Source: Macrostomum lignano (lineage: Eukaryota). Taken from it: 64,000 nt of DNA. Each line of letters begins with the position of its first letter. Positions within the stretch are counted from its first letter, which is position 1. Under the pieces are notes generated by a model. That model saw only the letters and a program-made list of their open reading frames with translations, did not search any database and had not been told where the DNA came from. A program made the translations under genes and the position numbers. The DNA lies in NCBI GenBank assembly GCA_002269645.1, contig NIVC01000094.1, positions 620,001 to 684,000 on the forward strand. Direction: 5' to 3'. Shown one piece after another: positions 47,401-59,400 of this stretch.

Positions 47401-50400
47401 ACTGTATAGAGCAAAGAGAATCAATATTTTCTGTTCCTTTTGTTATTTCCATCTACTAAAAATTTTATACTATACGAAAACACAAAACAGCTTACTGATT
47501 TATCAGTCTCAGTTTCATTTCGGCTCTCTATTGGCATCTTCAAATCAAAACAGAACACAGCCCCATCTGTCCTCAGTAATTTAATACGGTTTAGGCAGGC
47601 AAGCGTGGGGATTTCAAGATTTCGAGGCCTGGGATTCGATCCGAGATTATTGCGGAGAAATTTGGTCGGCTTAAGATGGAAATTCGAGATTGGATTCGTT
47701 CACCTCCACTTGAATTGTTTACGGCTTTGGGGGAAAAAGTGCTCGCATCTGACCCCGTATAGCAATTGAGCGGCTGATGCTCCTAATTAATAATTGCGTT
47801 GGAGTTTGTCTGTAAACTGTAGCTGTCTTATTATTTGTCGATGTCTGAATGCCTCTAAAAGAGGATATTTAGATGCTTCTAACTGTTTGTTATTAAGTAG
47901 CTGTCAAGCGGGTGTTGTCTGTATTCGCCTGTAAGTATCTGTCAAGCTTCGTGTTGTCTGTATTTGCCTGTAAGTATCTGTCAAACCGGCTGTTGTCTGT
48001 AATTTGCCTGTAAGTATCTGTCAAACCGGCTGTTGTCTGTATTTGCCTGTAAGTATCTGTCAAACCGGCTGTTGTCTGTAATTTGCCTGTAAGTATCTGT
48101 CAAACCGGCTGTTGTCTGTATTTGCCTGTAAGTATCTGTCAAACCGGCTGTTGTCTGTAATTTGCCTGTAAGTATCTGTCAAACCGGCTGTTGTCTGTAA
48201 TTTGCCTGTAAGTATCTGTCAAACCGGCTGTTGTCTGTATTTGCCTGTAAGTATCTGTCAAACCGGCTGTTGTCTGTATTTGCCTGTAAGTATCTGTCAA
48301 ACCGGCTGTTGTCTGTATTTGCCTGTAAGTATCTGTCAAACCGGCTGTTGTCTGTAATTTGCCTGTAAGTATCTGTCAAACCGGCTGTTGTCTGTAATTT
48401 GCCTGTAAGTATCTGTCAAACCGGCTGTTGTCTGTATTCGCCTGTAAGTATCTGTCAAACCGGCTGTTGTCTGTATTCGCCTGTAAGTATCTGTCAAACC
48501 GGCTGTTGTCTGTATTTGCCTGTAAGTATCTGTCAAACCGGCTGTTGTCTGTAATTTGCCTGTAAGTATCTGTCAAACCGGCTGTTGTCTGTATTTGCCT
48601 GTAAGTATCTGTCAAACCGGCTGTTGTCTGTAATTTGCCTGTAAGTATCTGTCAAACCGGCTGTTGTCTGTATTCGCCTGTAAGTATCTGTCAAACCGGC
48701 TGTTGTCTGTATTCGCCTGTAAGTATCTGTCAAACCGGCTGTTGTCTGTATTTGCCTGTAAGTATCTGTCAAACCGGCTGTTGTCTGTATTTGCCTGTAA
48801 GTATCTGTCAAACCGGGTGTTGTCTGTATTCGCCTGTAAGTATCTGTCAAGCTTCGTGTTGTCTGTATTTGCCTGTAAGTATCTGTCAAGCGGGTGTTGT
48901 CTGTATTCGCCTGTAAGTGGCTGTCAAGCTTCGTGTTGTCTGTATTCGCCTGTAAGTATCTGTCAAACCGGCTGTTGTCTGTATTCGCCTGTAAGTATCT
49001 GTCAAACCGGCTGTTGTCTGTATTTGCCTGTACGCGTGACTATCTAGTCTGTTGTTTGTAAATGTCTGTAGCTGTTCTGCAATAAGAAACGTCTTCGCCT
49101 GTAGTTATAAACTCGCTATTAATTTTTGTAGACGATGGTTCCACATTTCTGTAAATATTGGCGCATTCTCGAATCTGCACAGTTTGGCGTCATCCCGTCC
49201 GCGATCAGCCCGACAATTGTCAAAATTTTTTCCTCCTTTTTCGACACTCTGTACCCAATTAACCAGCATTCAACCCTACCTGCAAAGCAGAATAAGCCCC
49301 GCAGTCAGCTTCCTTGATGTAATAAAAACCGTGCTAGAAAAAAGTCACTCTTTCAATGTGCTGCTTGTCCCTCTCAATAATCTCGATACTGCAGGGACTA
49401 TTACACGCAATTTCGAGCTGTTTTTTCTGGGCAATGGGAACATCTTGAATCGACAGAATGAAGGCAACCCCACTGACTGCTGCTGGCTTTGCCTTGGTCA
49501 AGGACTACTAAACAGAGAATACTTGCTTTTCGTCTGCTGCACAAAAGAGATTACATGTATCACTGCAGGTAATTATCACTGCAGGTAATTATCACTGCAG
49601 GTAATTATCACTGCAGGTAATTATCCCTGCAGGTAATTATCACTGCAGGTAATTATCACTGCAGGTAATTATCACTGCAGGTAATTATCACTGCAGGTAA
49701 TTATCACTGCAGGTAATTATCACTGCAGGTAATTATCACTGCAGGTAATTATCCCTGCAGGTAATTATCACTGCAGGTAATTATCACTGCAGGTAATTAT
49801 CCCTGCAGGTAGTTATCACTGCAGGTAATTATCACTGCAGGTAATTATCACTGCAGGTAATTATCGCTGCAGGCAATTATCGCGCAACCGCTTACTTGAG
49901 GGCAAATTTACTAGCCTAAATGTTTTGGGTAAAGGGCGAAAACCGGCTGAGCTTTCCGCCCCAAATCCTCTTTCTAGAACCCCCTGTCCCAGCTTGCATC
50001 CAATTGGCTGGCTCCCGTTGATCGTATAAAACTGTTCATAGAGTCGGGCAGAAACAAAAGAGGGGCTTTGAAAAAAGAGAAAAAAGCAGTTTATTGGAAA
50101 TAACAGAAGACACAAATTAGCAAAGCAGAAGACAGATGGATAGAGCGATGCAGGAGCAACGGCACAAGCAGCATCAGCAGAAGCGCCGGTTTCAGACTCA
50201 GGCCCTGCCTCCAAAACCCCCGCCAAAGACTTACCTGATTGCATTGCAGCACCGCACGGCTGCCACCAGCCCGACGCCGCAGTCACAGCCGCCTTTGTCG
50301 CCTCAGTCTCCGGCAGCAGCAACACTTGGGTGAGTTTGTCGAAACGGAATGTTTTGCTAAATGAAATAATCAAATCATCATATTTCTAAATTTAGTTATT

Positions 50401-53400
50401 TTGATGTGCTTCCCTTGTCTCTGCGCCTGTCGAGCTCCGAGCCCCAACAGACGCCCTGTCTGTAGTGGAATTAGTAATTACTGGCTCAGACACCGCATGC
50501 AGATGTTCGTTTGAATCAGCTGCAAGCTGGAATAATGAATATTCATTAATCCTACAGGTTGGTAGCTAAGGTTCAGTGCCACAATTCTGCACTATTAGTA
50601 AAAGACACTACTGTGCAGTCAATGAAAAAAGTGACTTGGTCTCTCGCACTGTGTAAGACGGTGGGATCTGTCCATACAGATCCAAACAGGACTTCATACT
50701 GGCTGTCTTGCGATACATTTGCGATAACTAATGGGATATTGGGGAATGGGAGACAGTCAAAACAGGGATGCATTGTGACTGTAAGACTGGGATGCGGTGA
50801 GACAAGAAATTACTAAGTGAGGATGGGAGACTGAGAGAGGAGAGGGAGCCAGAATGAGGAGAGGGAGACAGAGAGGAGAGGGAGACAAGAGAGGAGAGGG
50901 AGACAAGAGAGGAGAGGGAGACAAGAGAGGAGAGGGAGACAAGAGAGGAGAGGGAGACAAGAGAGGAGAGGGAGACAAGAGAGGAGAGGGAGACAAGAGA
51001 GGAGAGGGAGACAAGAGAGGAGAGGGAGACAAGAGAGGAGAGGGAGACAAGAGAGGAGAGGGAGACAAGAGAGGAGAGGGAGACAAGAGAGGAGAGGGAG
51101 ACAAGAGAGGAGAGGGAGACAAGAGAGGAGAGGGAGACAAGAGAGGAGAGGGAGACAAGAGAGGAGAGGGAGACAAGAGAGGAGAGGGAGACAAGAGAGG
51201 AGAGGGAGACAAGAGAGGAGAGGGAGACAAGAGAGGAGAGGGAGACAAGAGAGGAGAGGGAGACAAGAGAGGAGAGGGAGCCAAGAGAGGAGAGGGAGAC
51301 AAGAGAGGAGAGGGAGCCAAGAGAGGAGAGGGAGACAAGAGAGGAGAGGGAGACAAGAGAGGAGAGGGAGACAAGAGAGGAGAGGGAGACAAGAGAGGAG
51401 AGGGAGCCAGAGAGAGAGGGAGACAAGAGAGGAGAGGGAGCCAGAGAGAGGAGAGGGAACCAGAGAGAGGAGAGGGAACCAGAGAGAGGAGGGAGACAAG
51501 AGAGGAGAGGGAGCCAAGAGAGGAGAGGGAGACAAGAGAGGAGAGGGAGACAAGAGAGGAGAGGGAGACAAGAGAGGAGAGGGAGACAAGAGAGGAGAGG
51601 GAGCCAGAGAGAGAGGGAGACAAGAGAGGAGAGGGAGCCAGAGAGAGGAGAGGGAACCAGAGAGAGGAGAGGGAACCAGAGAGAGGAGGGAGACAAGAGA
51701 GGAGAGGGAGACAAGAGAGGAGAGGGAGACAAGAGAGGAGAGGGAGACAAGAGAGGAGAGGGAGACAAGAGAGGAGAGGGAGCCAGAGAGAGAGGGAGAC
51801 AAGAGAGGAGAGGGAGCCAGAGAGAGGAGAGGGAACCAGAGAGAGGAGAGGGAACCAGAGAGAGGAGGGAGACAAGAGAGGAGAGGGAGACAAGAGAGGA
51901 GAGGGAGACAAGAGAGAAGAGGGAGACAAGAGAGGAGAGGGAGACAAGAGAGGAGAGGGAGACAAGAGAGGAGAGGGAGACAAGAGAGGAGAGGGAGACA
52001 AGAGAGGAGAGGGAGACAAGAGAGGAGAGGGAGACAAGAGAGGAGAGGGAGACAAGAGAGGAGAGGGAGCCAGAGAGAGGAGAGGGAGCCAGAGAGAGGA
52101 GAGGGAGCCAGAGAGAGGAGAGGGAGTCCAGAGAGGAGAGGGAGTCCAGAGAGGAGAGGGAGTCCAGAGAGGAGAGGGAGACAAGAGAGGAGAGGGAGCC
52201 AGAGAGAGAGGAAGACAAGAGAGGAGAGGGAACCAGAGAGAGGAGAGGGAACCAGAGAGAGGAGGGAGACAAGAGAGGAGAGGGAGACAAGAGAGGAGAG
52301 GGAGACAAGAGAGGAGAGGGAGACAAGAGAGGAGAGGGAGCCAGAGAGAGGAGAGGGAGCCAGAGAGAGGAGAGGGAGTCCAGAGAGGAGAGGGAGTCCA
52401 GAGAGGAGAGGGAGTCCAGAGAGGAGAGGGAGTCCAGAGAGGAGAGGGAGTCCAGAGAGGAGAGGGAGCCAGAGAGAGAGGGAGACAAGAGAGGAGAGGG
52501 AGCCAGAGAGAGGAGAGGGAACTAGAGAGAGGAGAGGGAACCAGAGAGAGGAGGGAGACAAGAGAGGAGAGGGAGACAAGAGAGGAGAGGGAGACAAGAG
52601 AGGAGAGGGAGACAAGAGAGGAGAGGGAGACAAGAGAGGAGAGGGAGACAAGAGAGGAGAGGGAGACAAGAGAGGAGAGGGAGACAAGAGAGGAGAGGGA
52701 GACAAGAGAGGAGAGGGAGACAAGAGAGGAGAGGGAGACAAGAGAGGAGAGGGAGACAAGAGAGGAGAGGGAGACAAGAGAGGAGAGGGAGACAAGAGAG
52801 GAGAGGGAGACAAGAGAGGAGAGGGAGACAAGAGAGGAGAGGGAGACAAGAGAGGAGAGGGAGACAAGAGAGGAGAGGGAGACAAGAGAGGAGAGGGAGC
52901 CAGAGAGAGGAGAGGGAGCCAGAGAGAGGAGAGGGAGCCAGAGAGAGGAGAGGGAGTCCAGAGAGGAGAGGGAGTCCAGAGAGGAGGCGGAGAAGCGGTG
53001 AGAAGAGATACACGGGGAGAAGTACAAGGGCAAAGGTAGGGAGCAGCGAACAGATGGAGATAGGCGAGATAGGCAGGAACGTCGGACAAGGGGAGAAAGA
53101 AAGTCAGAACGGTGCGGCAGGCCGGAGGCGCAGCGCAGTCCCTGTGTTTACTCCAGCTGGGCCTGATGGGATCCGAGGCAGAGCCCTTTGCGGCATCGAA
53201 TTTCCCATGCTCCCCCCCGCGCAGCGCAACAGCGTTCGACCATTTTGTGTTCGGATTTCAAGCCAGTCGAACGTTTGATAATTTTGTTCAAGCAGCCGGA
53301 GTCATGCTGGCCATTTTGCCCAAGGCCAGGCGAACGGGACAAAGTGTCTGTTCACTTGTGATTAATAATAATATCCCTGCTACTCTTGATTATCTCCCTG

Positions 53401-56400
53401 ATAATCCCAAATGCGAATTAGCGCATGCAAGGTGGAGATTTAAAAATTGGGAATGTTGGTGACTTATGCTGAACTTTCATGCCCCAGTTCGCAGCGATTG
53501 CATAATTGAAAAAAGTGCAAAAGGCCCGCTGGTTTTGGCTTTCAATAAATCCCTCCGGGGGGGGGACTAGGCTGGGGTCGGTGCTCGGTCCTTTCAATCA
53601 ACCCGCTCGCAGGGGGATTATTTATGCAGCATCCATGCAGCCCTCGGGACACTTCCCCGACCATCTGCCAAGGTTGCTTGGTGCTTCTTTCTGCTTTGGC
53701 TTTCTTTGCTGCTTGAAGCAGTTGGCTTTGGGTGGTCGCCGTGTTATCTTATAATTCTCCTTAATCCTCCTATTTATGGTCAGAGTGAGGCGGCGGGAGA
53801 ATTCTAGGAATTCGGTTGTTGCGATTCGAGACAAATGAAAAGCATATAATTCAATCAGCCGATCGATCAGTATATTCGATATGTTGAGCAGTAAACTTTC
53901 TAGACGATGTATTGACCTAGCTGAATCAGCCGATATGTTGCGCAGTAATCTTAATAAAGGATGTATTGACCTAGCCGAATCAGCCGATATGTTGCGCAGT
54001 AAACTTAATAAAGGATGTATTGACCTAGCCGAATCAGCCGATATGTTGCGCAGTAAACTTAATAAAGGATGTATTGACCTAGCCGAATCAGCCGATATGT
54101 TGTGCAGTAAACTTAATAAAGGATGTATTGACCTAGCTGAATCAGCCGATATGTTGCGCAGTAAACTTAATAAAGGATGTATTGACCTAGCCGAATCAGC
54201 CGATATGTTGCGCAGTAAACTTAATAAAAGATGTATTGACCTAGCTGAATCGGCTGATATGTTGCGCAGTAAACTTAATAAAGGATGATTGACCTAGCTG
54301 AATCGGCCGATATGTTGAGCAGTAAATTTAATAAAGGATGTATTGACCTAGCCGAATCAGCCGATATGTTGCGCAGTAAACTTAATAAAGGATGTATTGA
54401 CCTAGCTCAATCGGCCGATATGTTGCGCTGTAAACTTAATAAAGGATGTATTGACCTAGCTGAATCGCCCGATATGTTGAGCAGTAAACTTAATAAAAGA
54501 TGTATTGACCTAGCTGAATCGGCTGATATGTTGCGCAGTAAACTTAATAAAGGATGATTGACCTAGCTGAATCGGCCGATATGTTGAGCAGTAAATTTAA
54601 TAAAGGATGTATTGACCTAGCCGAATCAGCCGATATGTTGCGCAGTAAACTTAATAAAGGATGTATTGACCTAGCCGAATCAGCCGATATGTTGTGCAGT
54701 AAACTTAATAAAGGATGTATTGACCTAGCTGAATCAGCCGATATGTTGCGCAGTAAACTTAATAAAGGATGTATTGACCTAGCCGAATCAGCCGATATGT
54801 TGCGCAGTAAACTTAATAAAGGATGTATTGACCTAGCTCAATCGGCCGATATGTTGCGCTGTAAACTTAATAAAGGATGTATTGACCTAGCTGAATCGCC
54901 CGATATGTTGAGCAGTAAACTTAATAAAAGATGTATTGACCTAGCTGAATCGGCTGATATGTTGCGCAGTAAACTTAATAAAGGATGATTGACCTAGCTG
55001 AATCGGCTGATATGTTGCGCAGTAAACTTAATAAAGGATGATTGACCTAGCTGAATCGGCCGATATGTTGCGCAGTAAACTTAATAAAGGATGTATTGAC
55101 CTAGCTGAATCGGCCGATATGTTGCGCAGTAAACTTAATAAAGGATGTATTGACCTAGCTGAATCAGCCGATATGTTGCGCAGTAAACTTAATAAAGGAT
55201 GTATTGACCTAGCTGAATCGGCCGATATGTTGAGCAGTAAACTTAATAAAGGATGTATTGACCTAGCCGAATCAGCCGATATGTTGTGCAGTAAACTTAA
55301 TAAAGGATGTATTGACCTAGCTGAATCAGCCGATATGTTGCGCAGAAATAGAAAATTTATTAAAAAAAGAGAAAATCGGCCGAGAAAATTCTGATAAATT
55401 CCAGAAACTTTCGAACCAAAAGCCATTATCTCCCAATAGATAAAATGTCTTCTTTAAAAGCAGCAATTTATTGGACAGCTGAGCGCAAAGTTCAAAGAAA
55501 TGAAAGCAGAACACAAGCGGCGAGACCCAAGTCTTCAGCGGCTTTCTTTGAAGTTTAACTGCGGGTCGATTTTCCGACCCCTTTGATGTTCAAAGCTCAA
55601 TTAATAATAATATAGCTACTGCTATTATTATTATCTTGATGCTCGTCTAAGCAAAGCTCGAGTCTGACTTGGCTGCGACTGCCTGCCGCTCTGCTGTGCG
55701 TTTCAAGTCTAAAGAAGGGAGAGTTCAGAGCAAGTTGGTCTTCACCCGGTCTGCTCAGACCCGTCTGTTCCGACCCACCCACACAGTGTCTGACCCACAC
55801 AATTTCTGACCCACACAGTGTCTGACCCACTCAGTGTCTGACCCAGAATGAATCTGACCAACTCAGTGTCTGACCTACTCAGTATCTGATCTACTCGGTG
55901 TCTGACGCACACAGTGTCTGACCCAACAGTGTCTGACCCAACAGTGTCTGACCCAACAGTGTCTGACCCAACAGTGTCTGACCCAACAGTGTCTGACCCA
56001 ACAGTGTCTGACCCAACAGTGTCTGACCCAACAGTGTCTGACCCACACAGTGTCTGACCCAGAATGAATCTGACCAACTCAGTGTCTGACCCACTCAGTG
56101 TCTGACCCACTCGGTGTCTGACCCACTCAGTGTCTGACCCACTCGGTGTCTGACCCACTCCGGTGTCTGACCTACTCAATGTCTGACCCACTCAGTGTCT
56201 GACCCACTCAGTGTCTGACCCACTCAGTGTCTGACCCAGACTGAATCTGACCCACACAGTGTCTGACCCAGACTGAATCTGACCCACACAGTGTCTGACC
56301 CAGACTGAATCTGACCCACACAGTGTCTGACCCAGAATGAATCTGACCCACACAGTGTCTGACCCAGAATGAATCTGACCCACACAGTGTCTGACCCAGA

Positions 56401-59400
56401 ATGAATCTGACCCACACAGTGTCTGACCCAGAATGAATCTGACCCACACAGTGTCTGACCCAGAATGAATCTGACCCACACAGTGTCTGACCCACACAGT
56501 GTCTGACCTACTCAGTGTCTGACCCACACAGTTTCTGACCCAGACTGAATCTGACCCACACAGTGTCTGACCCAATCAGTGCCTGTAAGTCTGACAGGTG
56601 TTTACTTGCATTCCGTCTGTATCCCAGCAGCGCACCTCATTCTACTGTTAAACTATTGAAGTCTGCATCTTTGGCAATGCAAAAAGTAAAGTTAGCAATA
56701 AAATCAAATTCTGCAAGCACAACTATAATTAAGTTACATCTCTTTCGCCTCTCTCCCCCCCCCACAGTTCATATTCGCCAAGCCTATCCTTGCCTCAAGG
56801 GGGGGGGGCAACTCGAGGCCCTGGCTTAAGGCGTGTCTGAATTTATTTAAGCTTTTCCAGATTAATTAATGCCCAACGCCTCAGTTTAACTTTCTACTGA
56901 TTAGTCCTAATTGCCTACGCTAGGCTGCTCTTACGAATACGAGCTGTGCACGGGCCAGAAATTCAATGAGGTAGGCTGGCTGGTGTATGGCTGGTTGGCC
57001 CTTTTCCGATACACATTAAAGGCACAGTAAAGCTTTGCAATGAGCTGCGGCTGCTGCTGCTGCTGCTGCTGCACTTGGGGCAACTGTAGCGGTTCCGCAG
57101 TCAGGCTCTCACTGTGTCTGCAGGGGGCAGTGGGATCCAGGTCTCTATCCCGAACTACTGCGGCTGAGTGACTCACCCCCATGGAACTGTGCTGTGCGCC
57201 ACAATATCGCGAATCACTTATTCGTGAAGTCATGAGCTCACTTATAAACTCATCATAACCTCACTCTTGAACTCAATTATAAACTCACTTTTACAAATCG
57301 TTCGTGAACCCATTCATGAACTCACTCAGGAAGTCATTCATGAACTCACTCAGTGACTCATTCATGAACTCACTCAGTGACTCATTCATGAACTCACTCA
57401 GTGACTCATTCATGAACTCACTCAATAAATCATTCATGAACTCACTCAGTGACTCAATCATTAACTCACTCAGTGACTCATTCATGAACTCACTCAGTGA
57501 CTCATTCATGAACTCACTCAGTGACTCATTCATGAACTCACTCAGTGACTCATTCATGAACTCACTCAGTGACTCATTCATGAACTCACTCAGTGACTCA
57601 TTCATGAACTCACTCAGTGACTCATTCATGAACTCACTCAGTGACTCATTCATGAACTCACTCAGTGACTCATTCATGAACTCACTCAGTGACTCATTCA
57701 TGAACTCACTCAGTGACTCATTCATGAACTCACTCAGTGACTCATTCATGAACTCACTCAGTGACTCATTCATGAACTCACTCAGTGACTCATTCATGAA
57801 CTCACTCAGTGACTCATTCATGAACTCACTCAGTGACTCATTCATGAACACACTCAATGACTCATTGATGAACTCACTCAGTGACTCATTTATGAACACA
57901 CTCAGGAACTCATTTATGAACACACTCAGGAACTCATTCATGAACTCACTCAGTGACTCATTCATGAACTCACTCAGTGACTCATTCATGAACTCACTCA
58001 GTGACTCATTCATGAACTCACTCAGTGACTCATTCATGAACTCACTCAGTGACTCATTCATGAACTCACTCAGTGACTCATTCATGAACTCACTCAGTGA
58101 CTCATTCATTAACTCACTCAGTGACTCATTCATGAACTCACTCAGTGACTCATTCATGAACTCACTCAGTGACTCATTCATGAACACACTCAATGACTCA
58201 TTCATGAACTCACTCAGTGACTCATTCATAAACACACTCAGGAACTCATTTATGAACACACTCAGGAACTCATTCATTAACTTACTCAGTGACTCATTCA
58301 TGAACACACTCGGTGACTCATTCATTAACTCATTCAGTGACTCATTGATGAACTCACTCAGTGACTCATTTATGAACAGACTCAGGAACGCATTTATGAA
58401 CACACTCAGGAACTCATTCATGAACTCACTCAGTGACTCATTCATGAACTCACTCAGTGACTCATTCATGAACTCACTCAGTGACTCATTCATGAACTCA
58501 CTCAGTGACTCATTCATGAACTCACTCAGTGACTCATTCATGAACTCACTCAGTGACTCATTCATGAACTCACTCAGTGACTCATTCATTAACTCACTCA
58601 ATGACTCATTCATGAACTCACTCAATGACTCATTCATGAACTCACTCAGTGACTCATTCATGAACACACTCAGTGACTCATTCATTAAGTCACTCAGTGA
58701 CTCATTCATGAACTCACTCAGTGACTCATTCATGAACACACTCAGTGACTCATTCATGAACACACTCAGTGACTCATTCATGAACACACTCAGTGACTCA
58801 TTCATTAAGTCACTCAGTGACTCATTCATGAACTCACTCAGTGACTCATTCATGAACTCACTCAGTGACTCATTCATGAACACACTCAATGACTCATTGA
58901 TGAACTCACTCAGTGACTCATTTATGAACACACTCAGTGACTCATTCATGAACTCACTCAGTGACTCATTCATGAACTCACTCAGTGACTCATTCATGAA
59001 CTCACTCAGTGACTCATTCATGAACTCACTCAGTGACTCATTCATGAACTCACTCAGTGACTCATTCATGAACTCACTCAGTGACTCATTCATTAACTCA
59101 CTCAGTGACTCATTCATGAACTCACTCAGGAAATCATTCATGAACTCACTCAGGAAGTCATTCATGAACTCACTCAGTGACTCATTCATGAACTCACTCA
59201 GTGACTCATTCATGAACTCACTCAGTGACTCATTCATGAACTCACTCAGTAACTCATTCATGAACACACTCAATGACTCATTGATGAACTCACTCAGTGA
59301 CTCATTTATGAACACACTCAGGAACTCATGTATGAACACACTCAGGAACTCATTCATTAACTTACTCAGTGACTCATTCATGAACACACTCGGTGACTCA

